A DNA stretch of 64,000 bases from Gammaproteobacteria bacterium (GCA_965221695.1 OZ244905.1:928001-992000); one strand, 5' to 3'; numbered from the stretch's first letter, positions 49,217 to 62,489 are shown. The notes: generated by a model not told the origin, from the sequence alone. Program-made: numbers and translations.

Positions 49217-51321
49217 TTAGAATCCTGGCGCTGTTCTTGCTGTCGGCTGCCACGGCGAGCGCCGCGCCGCCGCTGATAAAGGATGAGGGGTTGCGAGCCG
49301 AACAACGGCATATACGCGCCACGGCGATCATTGTTCATATCCTGGACAAATACCACTATCGCAACAAACTCTTGGATGATAATTTGTCCGGCCTCATCCT
49401 GGACTCCTATCTGGACAGCCTGGACGGCAACCGCAGTTTTTTCCTCGCCAATGATATACGAGAATTTGAGCGTTATCGCTATCTGCTAGACGAAGCGCTG
49501 AAGGAGTCGGATCTGACTCCCGCTTTTGCCATATTCAAGCGCTACCGACAACGGGTCGCCGAACGCGCGCAGTATGCTGTTCAAGCGCTTGAAACCCGGT
49601 TTGATTTTAGTATTGATGAAGAGTATATGTTTGACCGGCAGGAAACGGACTGGGCGCCTGACAAAGCTGCCTTGGACGAGACATGGAGAAAAAAGGTAAA
49701 AAACGATTACCTGGCGTTGCGGATTGCTGACAAAGAGGATACCGAAATTATACATATCTTGCGCAAGCGTTATGAGCGCCTGCGCGCCGGTATATTCCAG
49801 CTTAATTCCAACGATGTATTCCAGTCGTTCATCAATTCCTATGCCGCAGCCATAGAACCACACACGTTTTATTTCACCCCGCGCTCGTCGGAAAACTTCG
49901 ATATCACCATGAAACTGTCTCTTGAAGGTATCGGAGCGGTATTACGCTCAGAATACGACTATACGGTAGTCCAGAAAATTATTCCCGGAGGACCTGCCGA
50001 GCTTGGTGGTGAACTGCGCGTCGAAGATAGAATTATCGGCGTCGGCCAAGGCGCAGAGGGAGAAATAATAGACGTGGTAGGCTGGCGTCTGGCTGACGTG
50101 GTGGACATGATCCGCGGATCTAAAGGATCGGTAGTAAGACTGGAGATTCTGGCCGGGCAAGCCAACCTTCACGACACCAGGACAATCATCTCCATTACCC
50201 GGGATGAAATCAGGTTGGAGGAACAGGCCGCTAAATCAGAGACCATCGAGTTGGAAAATGGCGGCGCAATCGGCATCATCAAGGTGCCAGCGTTTTACAG
50301 CGATTATACTGCCCAGGCGCATGGAAAAAAGGATTACCGCAGCACCACCCGGGATGTCAGGCGTTTGCTTGCCGGATTGAAGGATAACAATCTGGATGGG
50401 CTGGTGATTGACCTGCGAGATAACGGCGGGGGAGCATTAACGGAAGCCTTGGAGTTAACAGGGTTGTTCATCGAGACTGGGCCAATCGTGCAGATTAGGG
50501 ATTACTCGGGCAGAATCGAGATCAATAGAGACCCCGACCCGGGGCTCAGCTACGGCGGCCCCTTGGCGGTATTGGTGAATCGCAACAGCACCTCAGCGTC
50601 CGAGATCTTTGCCGGCGCAATCCAGGACTACCGGCGCGGCATTATTATCGGCGAGCCCACTTTCGGAAAAGGCACCGTTCAGAACATTATCGACCTGAAT
50701 CATTTTACCGAAGCTCTCGATGAAGACCATGGCAGACTAAAGGCTACCATTGCCCAGTTCTTCCGCGTCAGCGGCGACAGCAACCAGCGCCGAGGAGTTG
50801 TGCCCGACATTATATTCCCCACTGCCCGCTATGCCGCTGATTATGGCGAGCGTTTCCTGGATAATGCCTTGCCCTGGGACAGGATCAGAGCGGTGAATTT
50901 CGTGCCGAGCAGCGCGCCGGTCGATAATTTTTCCAAGGCCCGGAAACAGCACGAACAGCGCATCAAAAACAATCGCCTGATAAGCCTGCTGCTGAAGGAA
51001 ATAGAAGTGTCGCAAGCAAGTGATCATATCAGTAGCGTAAGCCTGCGCCAGGATAAGCGCGAGGCAGAGAGCGAAAAGTTGCGCCTCGAAATGGCGGCGA
51101 TACGCAATGAATTGCGTGTCGCGTTGGGCATGGAACCTGTCTCTTCAGATATTCCTGATCCCGGATTCGAGGAAGAGCTGGAACAACTCGACCCGTTACT
51201 GGAAGAGGCTGCCAGGATTCTATATGACCTGGTCGCGCCAGTTCGACAAGCCGCCAACCAGAGAGCCGGAACAGTAGACGCGGCGCTCATCACAACCACC
51301 GCAAGAGGAATCATTCAATGA
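49213..51321 (+). CDS. prc: Tail-specific (carboxyl-terminal processing) protease Prc
   Basis: Signal peptide MIRILALFLL, EPHTFY, LEGIGAVL PDZ, DLRDNGGG, SASEIFAGAIQDY and GKGTVQ motifs; likely start 49213. Confidence 0.95.
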   Translation: MIRILALFLLSAATASAAPPLIKDEGLRAEQRHIRATAIIVHILDKYHYRNKLLDDNLSGLILDSYLDSLDGNRSFFLANDIREFERYRYLLDEALKESDLTPAFAIFKRYRQRVAERAQYAVQALETRFDFSIDEEYMFDRQETDWAPDKAALDETWRKKVKNDYLALRIADKEDTEIIHILRKRYERLRAGIFQLNSNDVFQSFINSYAAAIEPHTFYFTPRSSENFDITMKLSLEGIGAVLRSEYDYTVVQKIIPGGPAELGGELRVEDRIIGVGQGAEGEIIDVVGWRLADVVDMIRGSKGSVVRLEILAGQANLHDTRTIISITRDEIRLEEQAAKSETIELENGGAIGIIKVPAFYSDYTAQAHGKKDYRSTTRDVRRLLAGLKDNNLDGLVIDLRDNGGGALTEALELTGLFIETGPIVQIRDYSGRIEINRDPDPGLSYGGPLAVLVNRNSTSASEIFAGAIQDYRRGIIIGEPTFGKGTVQNIIDLNHFTEALDEDHGRLKATIAQFFRVSGDSNQRRGVVPDIIFPTARYAADYGERFLDNALPWDRIRAVNFVPSSAPVDNFSKARKQHEQRIKNNRLISLLLKEIEVSQASDHISSVSLRQDKREAESEKLRLEMAAIRNELRVALGMEPVSSDIPDPGFEEELEQLDPLLEEAARILYDLVAPVRQAANQRAGTVDAALITTTARGIIQ

Positions 51322-51764
51322 ATCTGAACAGCTTATCTGTTATTGCATTATTCGCAACCTTTTCCCTGTTACCGTATGGGGCAGGCGCAGCGGACGCGCA
51401 GGGAACGATAAAATACCGCCAGAACTACATGAATGCCATCAGCGGTCACACCGGCGCGCTGCGGCGATTGAAAGACGGCCTGTTCAGCGCGGAAGGGCAT
51501 ATGCAAATGCACGCAACAGCGCTGGCAAAATTGACCAAAGATATCGCCCTGTTATTTCCGGAAGGGACAGGTATAGGAAAAACTGACGCGCAGCCGGAGA
51601 TATGGGAAAACTGGGCGGACTTTGAAGCTCGCGCGGCCGAGAGCCAGCAAGCAGCGCAAGCGCTCCTGGATGCGGTTGAAACCGGAGACGGCGCGGCTAT
51701 CGATACCAGGTTCGGCGAATTGACGGATACCTGTAAAGCCTGCCACCGACCGTTCAGAAAGTGA
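51318..51764 (+). CDS. Class II cytochrome c (c'/c556 type)
   Basis: Signal peptide, IKYRQNYM, PEIWENW and C-terminal CKACH. Confidence 0.92.
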   Translation: MNLNSLSVIALFATFSLLPYGAGAADAQGTIKYRQNYMNAISGHTGALRRLKDGLFSAEGHMQMHATALAKLTKDIALLFPEGTGIGKTDAQPEIWENWADFEARAAESQQAAQALLDAVETGDGAAIDTRFGELTDTCKACHRPFRK

Positions 51765-51773
51765 CAAGCCTAA

Positions 51774-52676
51774 ATGGTTAAAGCGCTGGCAGGCATTGTT
51801 TTTCTGCTTATCTTGTGCTGGTTGCTGCTGCGCCCGGAACCGCTGCCCGTGTTTCTAGGAGCGGGTAGCGATCCGATCAAAGTCGAGATCCAGCGCGGCG
51901 AATACCTGGTAAAAATCGCCGGATGCGCCAACTGCCACACAGATACTGACAACAACGGCGCGCCTCTGACCGGCGGCGTGAAGCTGGAAACCCCGTTCGG
52001 TATTTTTTTCGGCCCGAATATCACTCCTGATAGGGAAACCGGTATCGGCTCCTGGAGTTTTTCGGATTTTGCCCGGGCAATGCATCTGGGCAAAGCGCCG
52101 GCAGGAACGCGTTACTACCCGGCTTTCCCGTACGCCTCTTATACACAAATCCGCTTTGACGACCTGCGCGCCATGTATGCCTACCTGCAGACCAGGCCAC
52201 CCGTCAAGTCCCATAACAGACCCCATGAAACGCCCTGGTATATCAACCGCCTGCTGTTGCCTGTCTGGCAGGCCCTGTTTTTCAGGCCCGGTGTGCGCCA
52301 ACCGACCGGCGCTGACGCATCCTTGGACCGGGGAGGGTATATCGCCAATGCCCTGACCCATTGCGGCGAATGTCATACCCCCAGGAACCTGTTCGGCGCG
52401 ACGCGCCCAACTCTGTTCCTGGCCGGAAGCAAAGATGGTCCAGACGGCGACCCAGTCCCCAACATCACCTCCTCGATAGTGGCTGGCATAGGAAGCTGGG
52501 ATGAAGATGAATTGCTGCTCTATCTGGAGGAAGGCGAATTGCCCGATGGCGATTATGCCGGCGGCACAATGGTGGATGTCATAGACAATTCCACCAGCGC
52601 TATGACCTGGGAAGATCTGCAGTCCCTTGCCAGGTATATTCTCTCCGTGCCGGCCGTGGACAACCCTGTGCGATAA
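51774..52676 (+). CDS. Membrane-anchored diheme cytochrome c (dehydrogenase cytochrome-subunit/CycG-like)
   Basis: RGEYL..CANCHT, PNITPD.ETGIG.W, YYPAFPY and HCGECHTPRN motifs. Confidence 0.88.
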   Translation: MVKALAGIVFLLILCWLLLRPEPLPVFLGAGSDPIKVEIQRGEYLVKIAGCANCHTDTDNNGAPLTGGVKLETPFGIFFGPNITPDRETGIGSWSFSDFARAMHLGKAPAGTRYYPAFPYASYTQIRFDDLRAMYAYLQTRPPVKSHNRPHETPWYINRLLLPVWQALFFRPGVRQPTGADASLDRGGYIANALTHCGECHTPRNLFGATRPTLFLAGSKDGPDGDPVPNITSSIVAGIGSWDEDELLLYLEEGELPDGDYAGGTMVDVIDNSTSAMTWEDLQSLARYILSVPAVDNPVR

Positions 52677-52754
52677 CGCCAGCCCGTATTCCACCAGACA
52701 ACGCACGTGCCGCGGTTATCCGGCGGCTCGGCGAGCGTAGACAACGCAACAAGA

Positions 52755-53717
52755 TCAGGCAGGGACTTCTTCAGCAGTGTCGCTGTAAAGCTCCCGTGGG
52801 AGTGAAAACACCACGCTTTCCCGTATCCCCGGCGCTTCAACCACGTTCTTGACGCCCCACTTCTGTAATTGTTCAATGACTTCTTCAACCAGGACCTCCG
52901 GCGCCGAGGCGCCAGCGGTCACGCCGATGTTGCGCTTGCCTTGCAACCACTCCGGTTGAATCTCCGTGACGTTGTCTATCAGGTAAGCCGGCACGCCTTT
53001 CTTCTGGGATATCTCCATCAACCGGGTGGAATTCGAGCTGTTCTGCGACCCCACAACCAGGATCAAATCACAGTTGCCAGTCAGCTTCTTGACCGCGTCC
53101 TGGCGGTTCTGTGTAGCGTAACAGATATCCTCTTTTTTCGGCCCGACGATCTTCGGGAAACGCCGGCGCAAAGCGTCGATGACCTCAGAAGTATCGTCCA
53201 CCGACAAGGTGGTCTGTGTCACGAACGCCAGAAATTCCGGTTTTTTTACCTGCAGTTGGTCGACATCCCGCACTGATTCCACCAGATACATGGCGCCGTC
53301 GCCATTCGTAGGACGATACTGGCCGAGGGTCCCCTCCACTTCAGGATGGCCGGCATGACCGATGAGAATGCATTCCCTGCCCTCGTCCTGGTAGCGGCCC
53401 ACTTCCATGTGCACTTTTGTTACCAGGGGGCAGATCGCATCAAATACACGCAAGCGTCTGCGCGAGGCTTCCTCGCGCACAGCCTTGGAAACGCCGTGGG
53501 CGCTGAAGATCACCACCGAGTTATCTGGCACCTCATCCAATTCATTGACGAACACCGCGCCCTTATTCCGCAGGGTGTCGACCACGTATTTGTTATGCAC
53601 CACTTCATGGCGCACATAAACCGGCATGCCGAATAACGCTAGCGCGCGCTCGACAATTTCAATTGCCCGGTCTACACCGGCACAGAAGCCTCGGGGATTG
53701 GCAAGCGTAATCTGCAT
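52755..53717 (-). CDS. ispH: 4-hydroxy-3-methylbut-2-enyl diphosphate reductase
   Basis: [28 protein letters not shown] and SSNS motifs. Confidence 0.98.
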   Translation of the reverse strand: MQITLANPRGFCAGVDRAIEIVERALALFGMPVYVRHEVVHNKYVVDTLRNKGAVFVNELDEVPDNSVVIFSAHGVSKAVREEASRRRLRVFDAICPLVTKVHMEVGRYQDEGRECILIGHAGHPEVEGTLGQYRPTNGDGAMYLVESVRDVDQLQVKKPEFLAFVTQTTLSVDDTSEVIDALRRRFPKIVGPKKEDICYATQNRQDAVKKLTGNCDLILVVGSQNSSNSTRLMEISQKKGVPAYLIDNVTEIQPEWLQGKRNIGVTAGASAPEVLVEEVIEQLQKWGVKNVVEAPGIRESVVFSLPRELYSDTAEEVPA

Positions 53718-53759
53718 TGAATCTCAGTTAGTTTAAATAACTGCGTATTATACACTGTT

Positions 53760-54233
53760 TTATTCCTGCTTGTGCCGAAAGGAATCCAGGATTAGCAACG
53801 CGGCGCCCACAGTAATGGCAGAATCTGCAATATTGAATACCGGCCACGACCACTTATCGTAATATATTTCAATAAAGTCAATCACATAGCCGTATTGCAG
53901 ACGATCCCACAGATTGCCGGCCGCCCCGCCGATGATCAGGGCGAGGGCGCAGGCCAACAAGCTACGTCCGGCAGGCAAACGCGTCAGCCAGATCAGTAGA
54001 ACCAGACTGATGACCGTAGTCAGAATAATAAAAAAGTAACGCTGCCAGCCGCCTGCGTCCCGCAGAAAACTGAAGGCCGCGCCGGGATTGTATACCAGGG
54101 TCAGGTTGAAACCCGGAAACGCAGGATGCGCTTGGTTCAAGGTAAGCCACTGAGTTGCCGCGTGCTTGCTCAACTGGTCAAGAAAGATGATAAGCAGGGT
54201 GACCCAGAGCCAGTTAAGATTCGCAACTTTCAT
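53760..54233 (-). CDS. lspA: Lipoprotein signal peptidase
   Basis: DQLSK, NPGAAFS, GNLWDR..VIDF and FNIADSAI motifs; likely start 54233. Confidence 0.96.
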   Translation of the reverse strand: MKVANLNWLWVTLLIIFLDQLSKHAATQWLTLNQAHPAFPGFNLTLVYNPGAAFSFLRDAGGWQRYFFIILTTVISLVLLIWLTRLPAGRSLLACALALIIGGAAGNLWDRLQYGYVIDFIEIYYDKWSWPVFNIADSAITVGAALLILDSFRHKQE

Positions 54234-54234
54234 T

Positions 54235-57048
54235 TCAGAAAAAATGGCGCGCCTCGCCGGCGCCGTCCACATTGAGCGCGCAGCGGCCACATAATTCCGG
54301 GTGCGCCGGGGCAGCGCCAATATCTTCACAGCGATGCCAGCAGCGCACACATTTGCCATTTGTTGAAGCCGTTACCCTGATCCACAGCCCTTCCAGTTCG
54401 CTCTGGCGGGCGTCATGCGGCCGCTGCGCAGCCTCGTAAACCTGCGCGTGCGAGGCAATGAACAGATAACGCAACTCCGAGCCGGGATAATCCAGCGCGC
54501 GCTTGAGCGCGCCGTTGCAATACAACTGAACTTCCGCGTCCAGGGACGAGCCGATAGCGCCATTCGCGCGCAGACGTTCCAGCTCCTTACTGACTTGTTC
54601 ACGGACCCTGATGAGATCAGGCCAACAATCCGCGACGCTGACCTTCGGAAAGTCCCTGTGCCACTCCTCCAGGAAGACGGATTCACTGCGCCGGCCTGGC
54701 AAGCGCTGCCAGATTTCATCGGCGGTAAAGCTCAACACCGGGGCCAACCAGCGCACAAAAGCCTCTGCAATATGGAACATGGCGGTCTGGGCCGAGCGCC
54801 GCGCCAGGCTGTTGCGTTGCAGGGTATACATGCGATCCTTGATGATATCCAGATAGAAACTTCCCAGGGTCACCACGCAGTAGTGATGCAGTTTCTGGTA
54901 AATCAGGTGGAACTGGAACTCGTCATAGGCCCGGATGATCTCAGCCTGCAACCTGATGGTTTCAAGCAGCGCCCACTTGTCGAGCTTTAGCAAGTCATCG
55001 TCGGGGACGCGGTTACGCGCCGGGTCAAAACCATCCAGGTTTGCCAGCAGGTAACGAACTGTATTACGGATCCGGCGATAAGCGTCGGACATGCGTTTCA
55101 GTATCTCGTCAGACACATTCATCTCGCCCCGATAGTCCGTGGCTGAAACCCACAACCTCAATACATCTGCGCCCAATGTCTGCATAACCTTCTGCGGAGC
55201 GATTACATTGCCCCGGGACTTGGACATTTTCATACCTTTTGAGTCAACGGTAAAACCGTGGGTCAATACGCCGCGGTAGGGAGCCTGCCGGCTGATCCCA
55301 ACGCCAGTAAGTAATGAAGACTGGAACCAACCCCGATGCTGGTCCGACCCCTCCAGATAGAGATCTGCAGGGAAAGCCAACCTTTCATCACGTTCCAGCA
55401 CGGTGGCATGAGTAACTCCCGAATCAAACCATACGTCTAGAATATCCGTGACCTTACGGTACCGCTCCGCCTCCGCTCCGAGCAGCTCCGCAGTGTCGAG
55501 TTCGAACCAGGCGTCGATACCTGTCTGTTCTATCTTGCGCGCGACTGTCTCGATCAAGCGCGGCGTGTCAGGGTGCAACTCCCCTGAATCCTTTTCCACA
55601 AAGACTGCAATCGGCGCCCCCCAGGCGCGTTGCCGGGAAATACACCAGTCACTGCGCTCGTTGACCATGTCATGGATACGCTGCCGGCCCCATTCGGGCG
55701 TCCAGCGCACCTTGTTAATCGCGGCCAGGGCGTTGGCGCGCAGCCCTTGCGCATCCATGCTGAAAAACCACTGCGGCGTGGTGCGGAAGATGACCGGAGA
55801 CTTATGCCGCCAGCAATGGGGATAACTGTGCCGAACCATCGTTTCAACCAGTAAATTGTTTCTGTCAATGAGCGTCTCAATGATATGGGCATTGGCCTTG
55901 AACACATGTTCTCCGGCAAACAGTTCCGTATCCTCCCTGAAACAGCCGTTATCGGCTACCGGATTGGTGACAGGCAGGCCGTACTGTATACCCACCTGAT
56001 AATCATCCACGCCGTGCCCAGGAGAGGTATGGACTGCCCCGGTGCCGGTGTCCAGGGTCACGTGAGACCCCAGAATGATCGGGACCTGGTAATCATAGAA
56101 CGGGTGTTGCAGCCGCACGCCCTCCAGTTTTTCTCCTTTCACTGAAACCAGCGCCCGATAATTCTCTATGCCATAGCGATGCAAGGCCGAAGCCGCCAGT
56201 TTCTCAGCAAGCAGCAACCTTTCCCGGCCGCGTTCTGATTCACATTGCACAACCACATAATCAAACTCAGGGTTGAGCGCAACAGCCTGGTTGGCCGGCA
56301 AGGTCCAAGGGGTGGTGGTCCAGATCACCAGGGACATATTGCCCTCTCCATGGTCATCGCATTGTCCTGATGCGGCGCCGAACACGGCTGCTGTATCGAT
56401 GACAGGGAAACACACGTCCACTGCGGGAGACTGTTTGTCGATATGCTCGACCTCCGCCTCCGCCAGGGCAGAGGAACAATCCATGCACCAGTAAACAGGT
56501 TTGAAACCCTGCGCCAGGTGTCCGGCTTCAATCATCTTGCCCAGCGCCCGCACAATGTCTGCCTCAGTTTGGTAATTCATGGTTAGGTAAGGCGAATCCC
56601 AATCTCCCAACACTCCCAGACGTTCAAAATCGGTCCTCTGCCTGTCTATCTGTTTGCGCGCGTACTCGCGACAGGCATCGCGGAATGCGCGCGCATCGGC
56701 GCGGCATCCGGCCTTGCCGATTTTCTTTTCCACCTGGTGCTCGATAGGTAGGCCATGACAATCCCAACCGGGCACATAAGGGCAATCAAACCCATCCAGG
56801 GTACGCGATTTGACGATGATATCTTTCAGTATCTTGTTGACGGCATGACCCAGATGAATGTCGCCGTTGGCATACGGAGGGCCATCATGCAGGATATACT
56901 TGTCGCGACCGGACCTGCTCTGCCGAATACGGGCATAAATATCCTGTTCCTGCCAGCGCCGCAGCATCCCGGGTTCGCGCTGCGCCAGATTGCCCTTCAT
57001 GGGAAAGTCCGTTTTTGGCAGGGTCAGGGTATGTTTATAATCCGCCAT
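54235..57048 (-). CDS. ileS: Isoleucyl-tRNA synthetase
   Basis: [19 protein letters not shown] and a C-terminal zinc finger; likely start 57048. Confidence 0.98.
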   Translation of the reverse strand: MADYKHTLTLPKTDFPMKGNLAQREPGMLRRWQEQDIYARIRQSRSGRDKYILHDGPPYANGDIHLGHAVNKILKDIIVKSRTLDGFDCPYVPGWDCHGLPIEHQVEKKIGKAGCRADARAFRDACREYARKQIDRQRTDFERLGVLGDWDSPYLTMNYQTEADIVRALGKMIEAGHLAQGFKPVYWCMDCSSALAEAEVEHIDKQSPAVDVCFPVIDTAAVFGAASGQCDDHGEGNMSLVIWTTTPWTLPANQAVALNPEFDYVVVQCESERGRERLLLAEKLAASALHRYGIENYRALVSVKGEKLEGVRLQHPFYDYQVPIILGSHVTLDTGTGAVHTSPGHGVDDYQVGIQYGLPVTNPVADNGCFREDTELFAGEHVFKANAHIIETLIDRNNLLVETMVRHSYPHCWRHKSPVIFRTTPQWFFSMDAQGLRANALAAINKVRWTPEWGRQRIHDMVNERSDWCISRQRAWGAPIAVFVEKDSGELHPDTPRLIETVARKIEQTGIDAWFELDTAELLGAEAERYRKVTDILDVWFDSGVTHATVLERDERLAFPADLYLEGSDQHRGWFQSSLLTGVGISRQAPYRGVLTHGFTVDSKGMKMSKSRGNVIAPQKVMQTLGADVLRLWVSATDYRGEMNVSDEILKRMSDAYRRIRNTVRYLLANLDGFDPARNRVPDDDLLKLDKWALLETIRLQAEIIRAYDEFQFHLIYQKLHHYCVVTLGSFYLDIIKDRMYTLQRNSLARRSAQTAMFHIAEAFVRWLAPVLSFTADEIWQRLPGRRSESVFLEEWHRDFPKVSVADCWPDLIRVREQVSKELERLRANGAIGSSLDAEVQLYCNGALKRALDYPGSELRYLFIASHAQVYEAAQRPHDARQSELEGLWIRVTASTNGKCVRCWHRCEDIGAAPAHPELCGRCALNVDGAGEARHFF

Positions 57049-57055
57049 GATAAAA

Positions 57056-58003
57056 TCAACTCTGACCTTCCAGGTCAAGTTCCCCGAAAAATTCCCTGGC
57101 TGCGTTGATATCTTGACCAATCCGGTCGACCAGTTCGTCGATCGAGGAGAACTTGCGTTCATCCCTCAATCGCTTGAAAAATTCAACGCGGATATGCCGG
57201 CCGTAAATCATCTTGTCGAAGTCGAACAAATGCGCTTCCAACAGCAGTTTCGTTTCATCAAACACCGGGCGCGTGCCCAGGTTGGCCACGCCCAGGTGGG
57301 TCATTTCATCCGCGCCTTTCACGCTTACCGCGAAGACTCCCCGCAAAGGCACCGCGCGCTTGCTTAGATTGATATTGGCCGTTGGGAAACCCAACTGCCG
57401 CCCCCGTTTCGCGCCATGAACGACACGCCCGCTGATACTGAAATAACGACCCAACAACAATTGCGCTTCCTCAAAACGGCTTTCCTGCAACCGCTCGCGA
57501 ATGATGCTGCTGCTTACCCGGTTGCCGTCAAGCCTGTGTGTTTCAGTGAGGATCACATCGAAGCCCAGCCGTTTTCCGAACATACGCAACATCCGGTAGT
57601 CTCCGCGCCGGTTCTTGCCGAACTTGAAATCGTCACCGATGATAAGCCGCTTCACAGACAGGTCTCCAACCAGCGTCTGTTCGATAAACTGCTCTGCCGA
57701 CAGATTGGCGATACTCTGCTGAAAACGGAGGCACAGCGTCCGGTCGACAGTCTGTTGCTTGAAAATTTCCAGCTTCTCCCTGAAGCTGGTTATCCTGGTC
57801 GGCGCCTTGTCAGCATTGAAAAACTCCTGTGGATGAGGTTCAAAGGTTATCACCAGGGCTGGCAAGCCCATGACCTCCGCGTGCCGCTTGAGCTGTCTGA
57901 GCACCGCCTGGTGTCCCAGATGAACGCCATCATAGTTGCCGATAGTAGCAACGCAACCACGATGTCGCGATTTAAGATTATATGAGTACCTGATCAGTTC
58001 CAT
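57056..58003 (-). CDS. ribF: Riboflavin kinase/FAD synthetase
   Basis: [20 protein letters not shown] and LEAHLFDF motifs; likely start 58003. Confidence 0.97.
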   Translation of the reverse strand: MELIRYSYNLKSRHRGCVATIGNYDGVHLGHQAVLRQLKRHAEVMGLPALVITFEPHPQEFFNADKAPTRITSFREKLEIFKQQTVDRTLCLRFQQSIANLSAEQFIEQTLVGDLSVKRLIIGDDFKFGKNRRGDYRMLRMFGKRLGFDVILTETHRLDGNRVSSSIIRERLQESRFEEAQLLLGRYFSISGRVVHGAKRGRQLGFPTANINLSKRAVPLRGVFAVSVKGADEMTHLGVANLGTRPVFDETKLLLEAHLFDFDKMIYGRHIRVEFFKRLRDERKFSSIDELVDRIGQDINAAREFFGELDLEGQS

Positions 58004-58023
58004 TAGTCGGAGACACAGAGCGG

Positions 58024-59559
58024 TTAACCCGGATTTTGCAACTTCGTGCCGGCAAGCCAGAGCATGGCGAAATACGCCAGGGCGCCAGCAAATACACATA
58101 ATACTACATTAATGGCGCGCTCATGCATATCCCATTGCAACCATGACACTTGCTCCGGTACAAGAAACGCCAGACTCAAGGCCATCACGCCCAGCGCGAG
58201 GATAATTCTGGCCAGGTGAGCAGACCAGCCCGGCGCCATGTCAAACCCTTTTTTCGCGCGCAATATCCGGTACAACAGGACCGCGTTGAGACAAGCAGAC
58301 AAAGAAGTAGCCAAGGCCAGCCCGGCATGGGCAAGAGGGAAGACCAGCAGCAGGTTCAAAATTATATTGGCTACCATCGCCAGCACAGCGATTTTTACCG
58401 GCGTCTTAGTGTCCTGCATGGAAAAAAAGCCGGAAGACAGCGCTTTTATCAGGATGAAAGCAGGCAAGCCGACGGCGTACATGACCAGGCTGCGATACGT
58501 CATCTGAACATCTTGCGGCGAAAATTCATTATACTGAAACAGGGCGATCAGCAGCGGTTCTCCCAACAGCATCAAACCGACGCTGGCAGGGAGAGATAAC
58601 AGCATTATCCAGCGCAAGGCCCAGTCAAGCGTCCGGTTAAACGCGGCGCGATCATCACTCGTATGACCGGCCGAAAGACTGGGAAGGATGACTGTAGCCA
58701 ATGCGATGCCGAATACGCCAAGCGGGAATTCAACCAGTCTATCGGAAAAATACAGCCAGGAGATGCTGCCTGTCTCCAGGAAAGAGGCGATTGCGGTATC
58801 GACCAGCAAGTTAATCTGGGTTACGGAGGCGGCAAACAGGGTCGGAATCATCAACGTAATAATTCTGCCTACGCCTTCCGGGTCCCGGTTGAACCTGGGA
58901 CGCGGCAATAACCTGAGTTTGAGCAAAAACGGAAACTGGAACAGCAACTGCGCCACACCCGCAATCAACACGCCCCAAGCTAGCGCTACAACCCGTTGTT
59001 CCGGCGGAAAATAAGGCGTTAACCATAACGCGCAGCCGATCAGAGAGAGGTTCAGCAATACCGGAGTAAACGCAGGCGCGGCAAAACGGCGATAAGTATT
59101 CAGAATGCCGCCCGCCATCGCGGTGAGCGAAATAAACAGTATGTAAGGAAAGGTAATGCGCAACATGCCGGATGCCAGCGCCTGCTTTTCCTCATTCCCG
59201 CTGAAACCGGGCGCAAAGATCCAGATCAATAACGGGGCGGCTAGAACGCCGACGACCGTAGTCGCGCATAACCAGGATCCCAAAACTGCCGCGGTGTGCT
59301 CCACCAGGGCATTGACCTGAGCCTGGCTGCGACGTTCCCGGTATTCAGACAATACCGGAACGAATGCCTGTGAGAAACCGCCTTCTGCGAAGATCCGGCG
59401 TAAAAAATTTGGAATGCGAAAGGCGACAATAAACGCGTCAACACCTGCCCCAGGGCCAAACATGGCGCCGATTAGGACATCCCGAACCAGCCCGAGAATA
59501 CGGGACAGCGTGGTCATCAGGCCGACTACCAGGGTGGATTTGAGCAAATTCTCTTTCAT
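58024..59559 (-). CDS. murJ: Lipid II flippase MurJ
   Basis: SRILGLVRD, FRIPNFLRRIFAEG.FSQAFVPVL and DRLVEFPLG motifs. Confidence 0.97.
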   Translation of the reverse strand: MKENLLKSTLVVGLMTTLSRILGLVRDVLIGAMFGPGAGVDAFIVAFRIPNFLRRIFAEGGFSQAFVPVLSEYRERRSQAQVNALVEHTAAVLGSWLCATTVVGVLAAPLLIWIFAPGFSGNEEKQALASGMLRITFPYILFISLTAMAGGILNTYRRFAAPAFTPVLLNLSLIGCALWLTPYFPPEQRVVALAWGVLIAGVAQLLFQFPFLLKLRLLPRPRFNRDPEGVGRIITLMIPTLFAASVTQINLLVDTAIASFLETGSISWLYFSDRLVEFPLGVFGIALATVILPSLSAGHTSDDRAAFNRTLDWALRWIMLLSLPASVGLMLLGEPLLIALFQYNEFSPQDVQMTYRSLVMYAVGLPAFILIKALSSGFFSMQDTKTPVKIAVLAMVANIILNLLLVFPLAHAGLALATSLSACLNAVLLYRILRAKKGFDMAPGWSAHLARIILALGVMALSLAFLVPEQVSWLQWDMHERAINVVLCVFAGALAYFAMLWLAGTKLQNPG

Positions 59560-59617
59560 TGATCAATATTGATCGGTTACTTGACCGCAAACAAGCTTAA
59601 CACAGGGCCGATAAACA

Positions 59618-59646
59618 TTGACAAACCGCCTGCAAGAGCGCATAGT
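59618..59646 (+). promoter_or_regulatory. Putative sigma70 promoter of rpsT
   Basis: TTGACA-N17-CATAGT, upstream of the AGGAG RBS. Confidence 0.55.
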
Positions 59647-59676
59647 GCTAGGCTAAACGGTTATCAGGAGCTAGTT

Positions 59677-59943
59677 TTGGCCAACATCGCATCAGCAAAG
59701 AAACGGACCCGCCAGGCTGCCAAGCGCCGCCAGCATAACAACTCGCGCCGCTCCATGTTGCGGACCTACATCAGGAAGGCGCTCGACTCCATCGCCAGCG
59801 GCGACAAGACTGCGGCGACTGCAGCCTGCCAGGCCGCGCTGCCCATTATTGACAGGATGGCGAATAAAGGTCTGATTCACAAGAACAAGGCCGCCCGGCA
59901 AAAGCGACGCCTGAATGCGAAGCTGCGCGCGCTAGGTAGTTGA
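59677..59943 (+). CDS. rpsT: 30S ribosomal protein S20
   Basis: TTG start; ANIASAKKR...[12 protein letters not shown]. Confidence 0.97.
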   Translation: MANIASAKKRTRQAAKRRQHNNSRRSMLRTYIRKALDSIASGDKTAATAACQAALPIIDRMANKGLIHKNKAARQKRRLNAKLRALGS

Positions 59944-59948
59944 GAACG

Positions 59949-61070
59949 TTATAATATAACCATGTTATCGCGGTGGATTAACTCTTCGCTATCCACGTAA
60001 CCCAACGCTTCCGCAATACTCTCGCTTGACCGGCCCATAATTTTGCGCGTCTCGTCCGCGTCATAATTGACCAGTCCCCTGGCAACCTCCCTGCCTTCCC
60101 GGTCTATGCAACTGACAATCTCGCCACGCTTGAACTCGCCATGCGCCGCAACAACCCCGACGGCCAGCAGGCTGCTGCCCCGCTCCGCCAACACTTTGCA
60201 GGCGCCCTCATCCAACGCCAGGGCGCCGGCCGGACGTTTATGGCCCGCCAACCATTGTTTGCGCGCGGCCAGCGGAGAGCGCTCGACCTTGAGCAGAGTC
60301 CCGAGTTGTTCGCCCGCGGCAATTTTCAGCAATACATCAGGCTCCAAACCTGAGCAGATCAGCGTTTCTGCGCCGGATTTTGCCGCGGTTTCCGCGGCTT
60401 TGAGCTTGGTGAGCATGCCACCGCGACCCAGCGCGCCGCCCGGACCAGCGTAATCCAGCAGGGTCCGGTCACCAGCCTGCGCAGTCCTGATCAATCGGGC
60501 CTCGGGAAACTCACGGGGATCGCGATCATACAGGCCGGCCTGATCAGTAAGGATAATCAGCCGGTCTGCTTCAGCCAGATTTGTCACCAATCCGGCCAGT
60601 GAGTCGTTGTCGCCGAAACGTATCTCATCGGTCGCGACACTGTCATTTTCATTGACAACCGGCGCCACACCCAGTTCCAGCAGGGAGCGTAAGGTGGAAC
60701 GGGCATTCAGGTAACGCTTCCGATCGGCAATGTCATCATGGGTAAGCAGTATCTGGGCGGTATGTATGGCATAGACCTGGAAGGCAGACTCATATGCTTG
60801 GATTAAACCCATCTGGCCGACTGCGGCCGCGGCTTGTTCTTCATGCAGACTGACGCGCCGCAAGTTCCAGCCCAGCCGCGCCCTGCCCTCCGCGATAGCG
60901 CCGGATGAGACGATGATAAACCGGAGCCCGCGCCGGCGTAATTGCGCCAACTGGGCTACCCAGTCAGCGATAGCCTGCTTGCGTAGGCCGCAGCCGTCGT
61001 TCGTCAGCAAGGCGCTACCCAGCTTGATGACCCAGCGTTGTTTCCTGTTAGCAGTAGATTCCTTAGCCAT
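59949..61070 (-). CDS. proB: Glutamate 5-kinase
   Basis: [28 protein letters not shown] and a PUA domain. Confidence 0.97.
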   Translation of the reverse strand: MAKESTANRKQRWVIKLGSALLTNDGCGLRKQAIADWVAQLAQLRRRGLRFIIVSSGAIAEGRARLGWNLRRVSLHEEQAAAAVGQMGLIQAYESAFQVYAIHTAQILLTHDDIADRKRYLNARSTLRSLLELGVAPVVNENDSVATDEIRFGDNDSLAGLVTNLAEADRLIILTDQAGLYDRDPREFPEARLIRTAQAGDRTLLDYAGPGGALGRGGMLTKLKAAETAAKSGAETLICSGLEPDVLLKIAAGEQLGTLLKVERSPLAARKQWLAGHKRPAGALALDEGACKVLAERGSSLLAVGVVAAHGEFKRGEIVSCIDREGREVARGLVNYDADETRKIMGRSSESIAEALGYVDSEELIHRDNMVIL

Positions 61071-61078
61071 GATCGTTT

Positions 61079-62200
<1,122 letters not shown>

Positions 62201-62209
62201 TACGGATGT

Positions 62210-62470
62210 CTAACCGGCTGCCCTCACGCTGACAAAAGTTCTGTTCTTCGGCCCCTTCCGCTCAAACACCACCATGCCGTCAGCCGTAGCGAAAAGGGTA
62301 TGGTCCTTGCCGCAACCGACATTGACCCCGGGATGATAGCGGGTGCCACGTTGCCTGACGATGATATTTCCCGCCTTTACCGTTTCACTGCCAAAACATT
62401 TAATGCCCAGACGCTTCGAATGGGAGTCCCGGCCGTTTCGTGTGCTGCCGCCTGCTTTTTTATGCGCCAT
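62210..62470 (-). CDS. rpmA: 50S ribosomal protein L27
   Basis: [16 protein letters not shown]. Confidence 0.98.
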   Translation of the reverse strand: MAHKKAGGSTRNGRDSHSKRLGIKCFGSETVKAGNIIVRQRGTRYHPGVNVGCGKDHTLFATADGMVVFERKGPKNRTFVSVRAAG

Positions 62471-62489
62471 ATCGTGCTCCTGGCAATTA

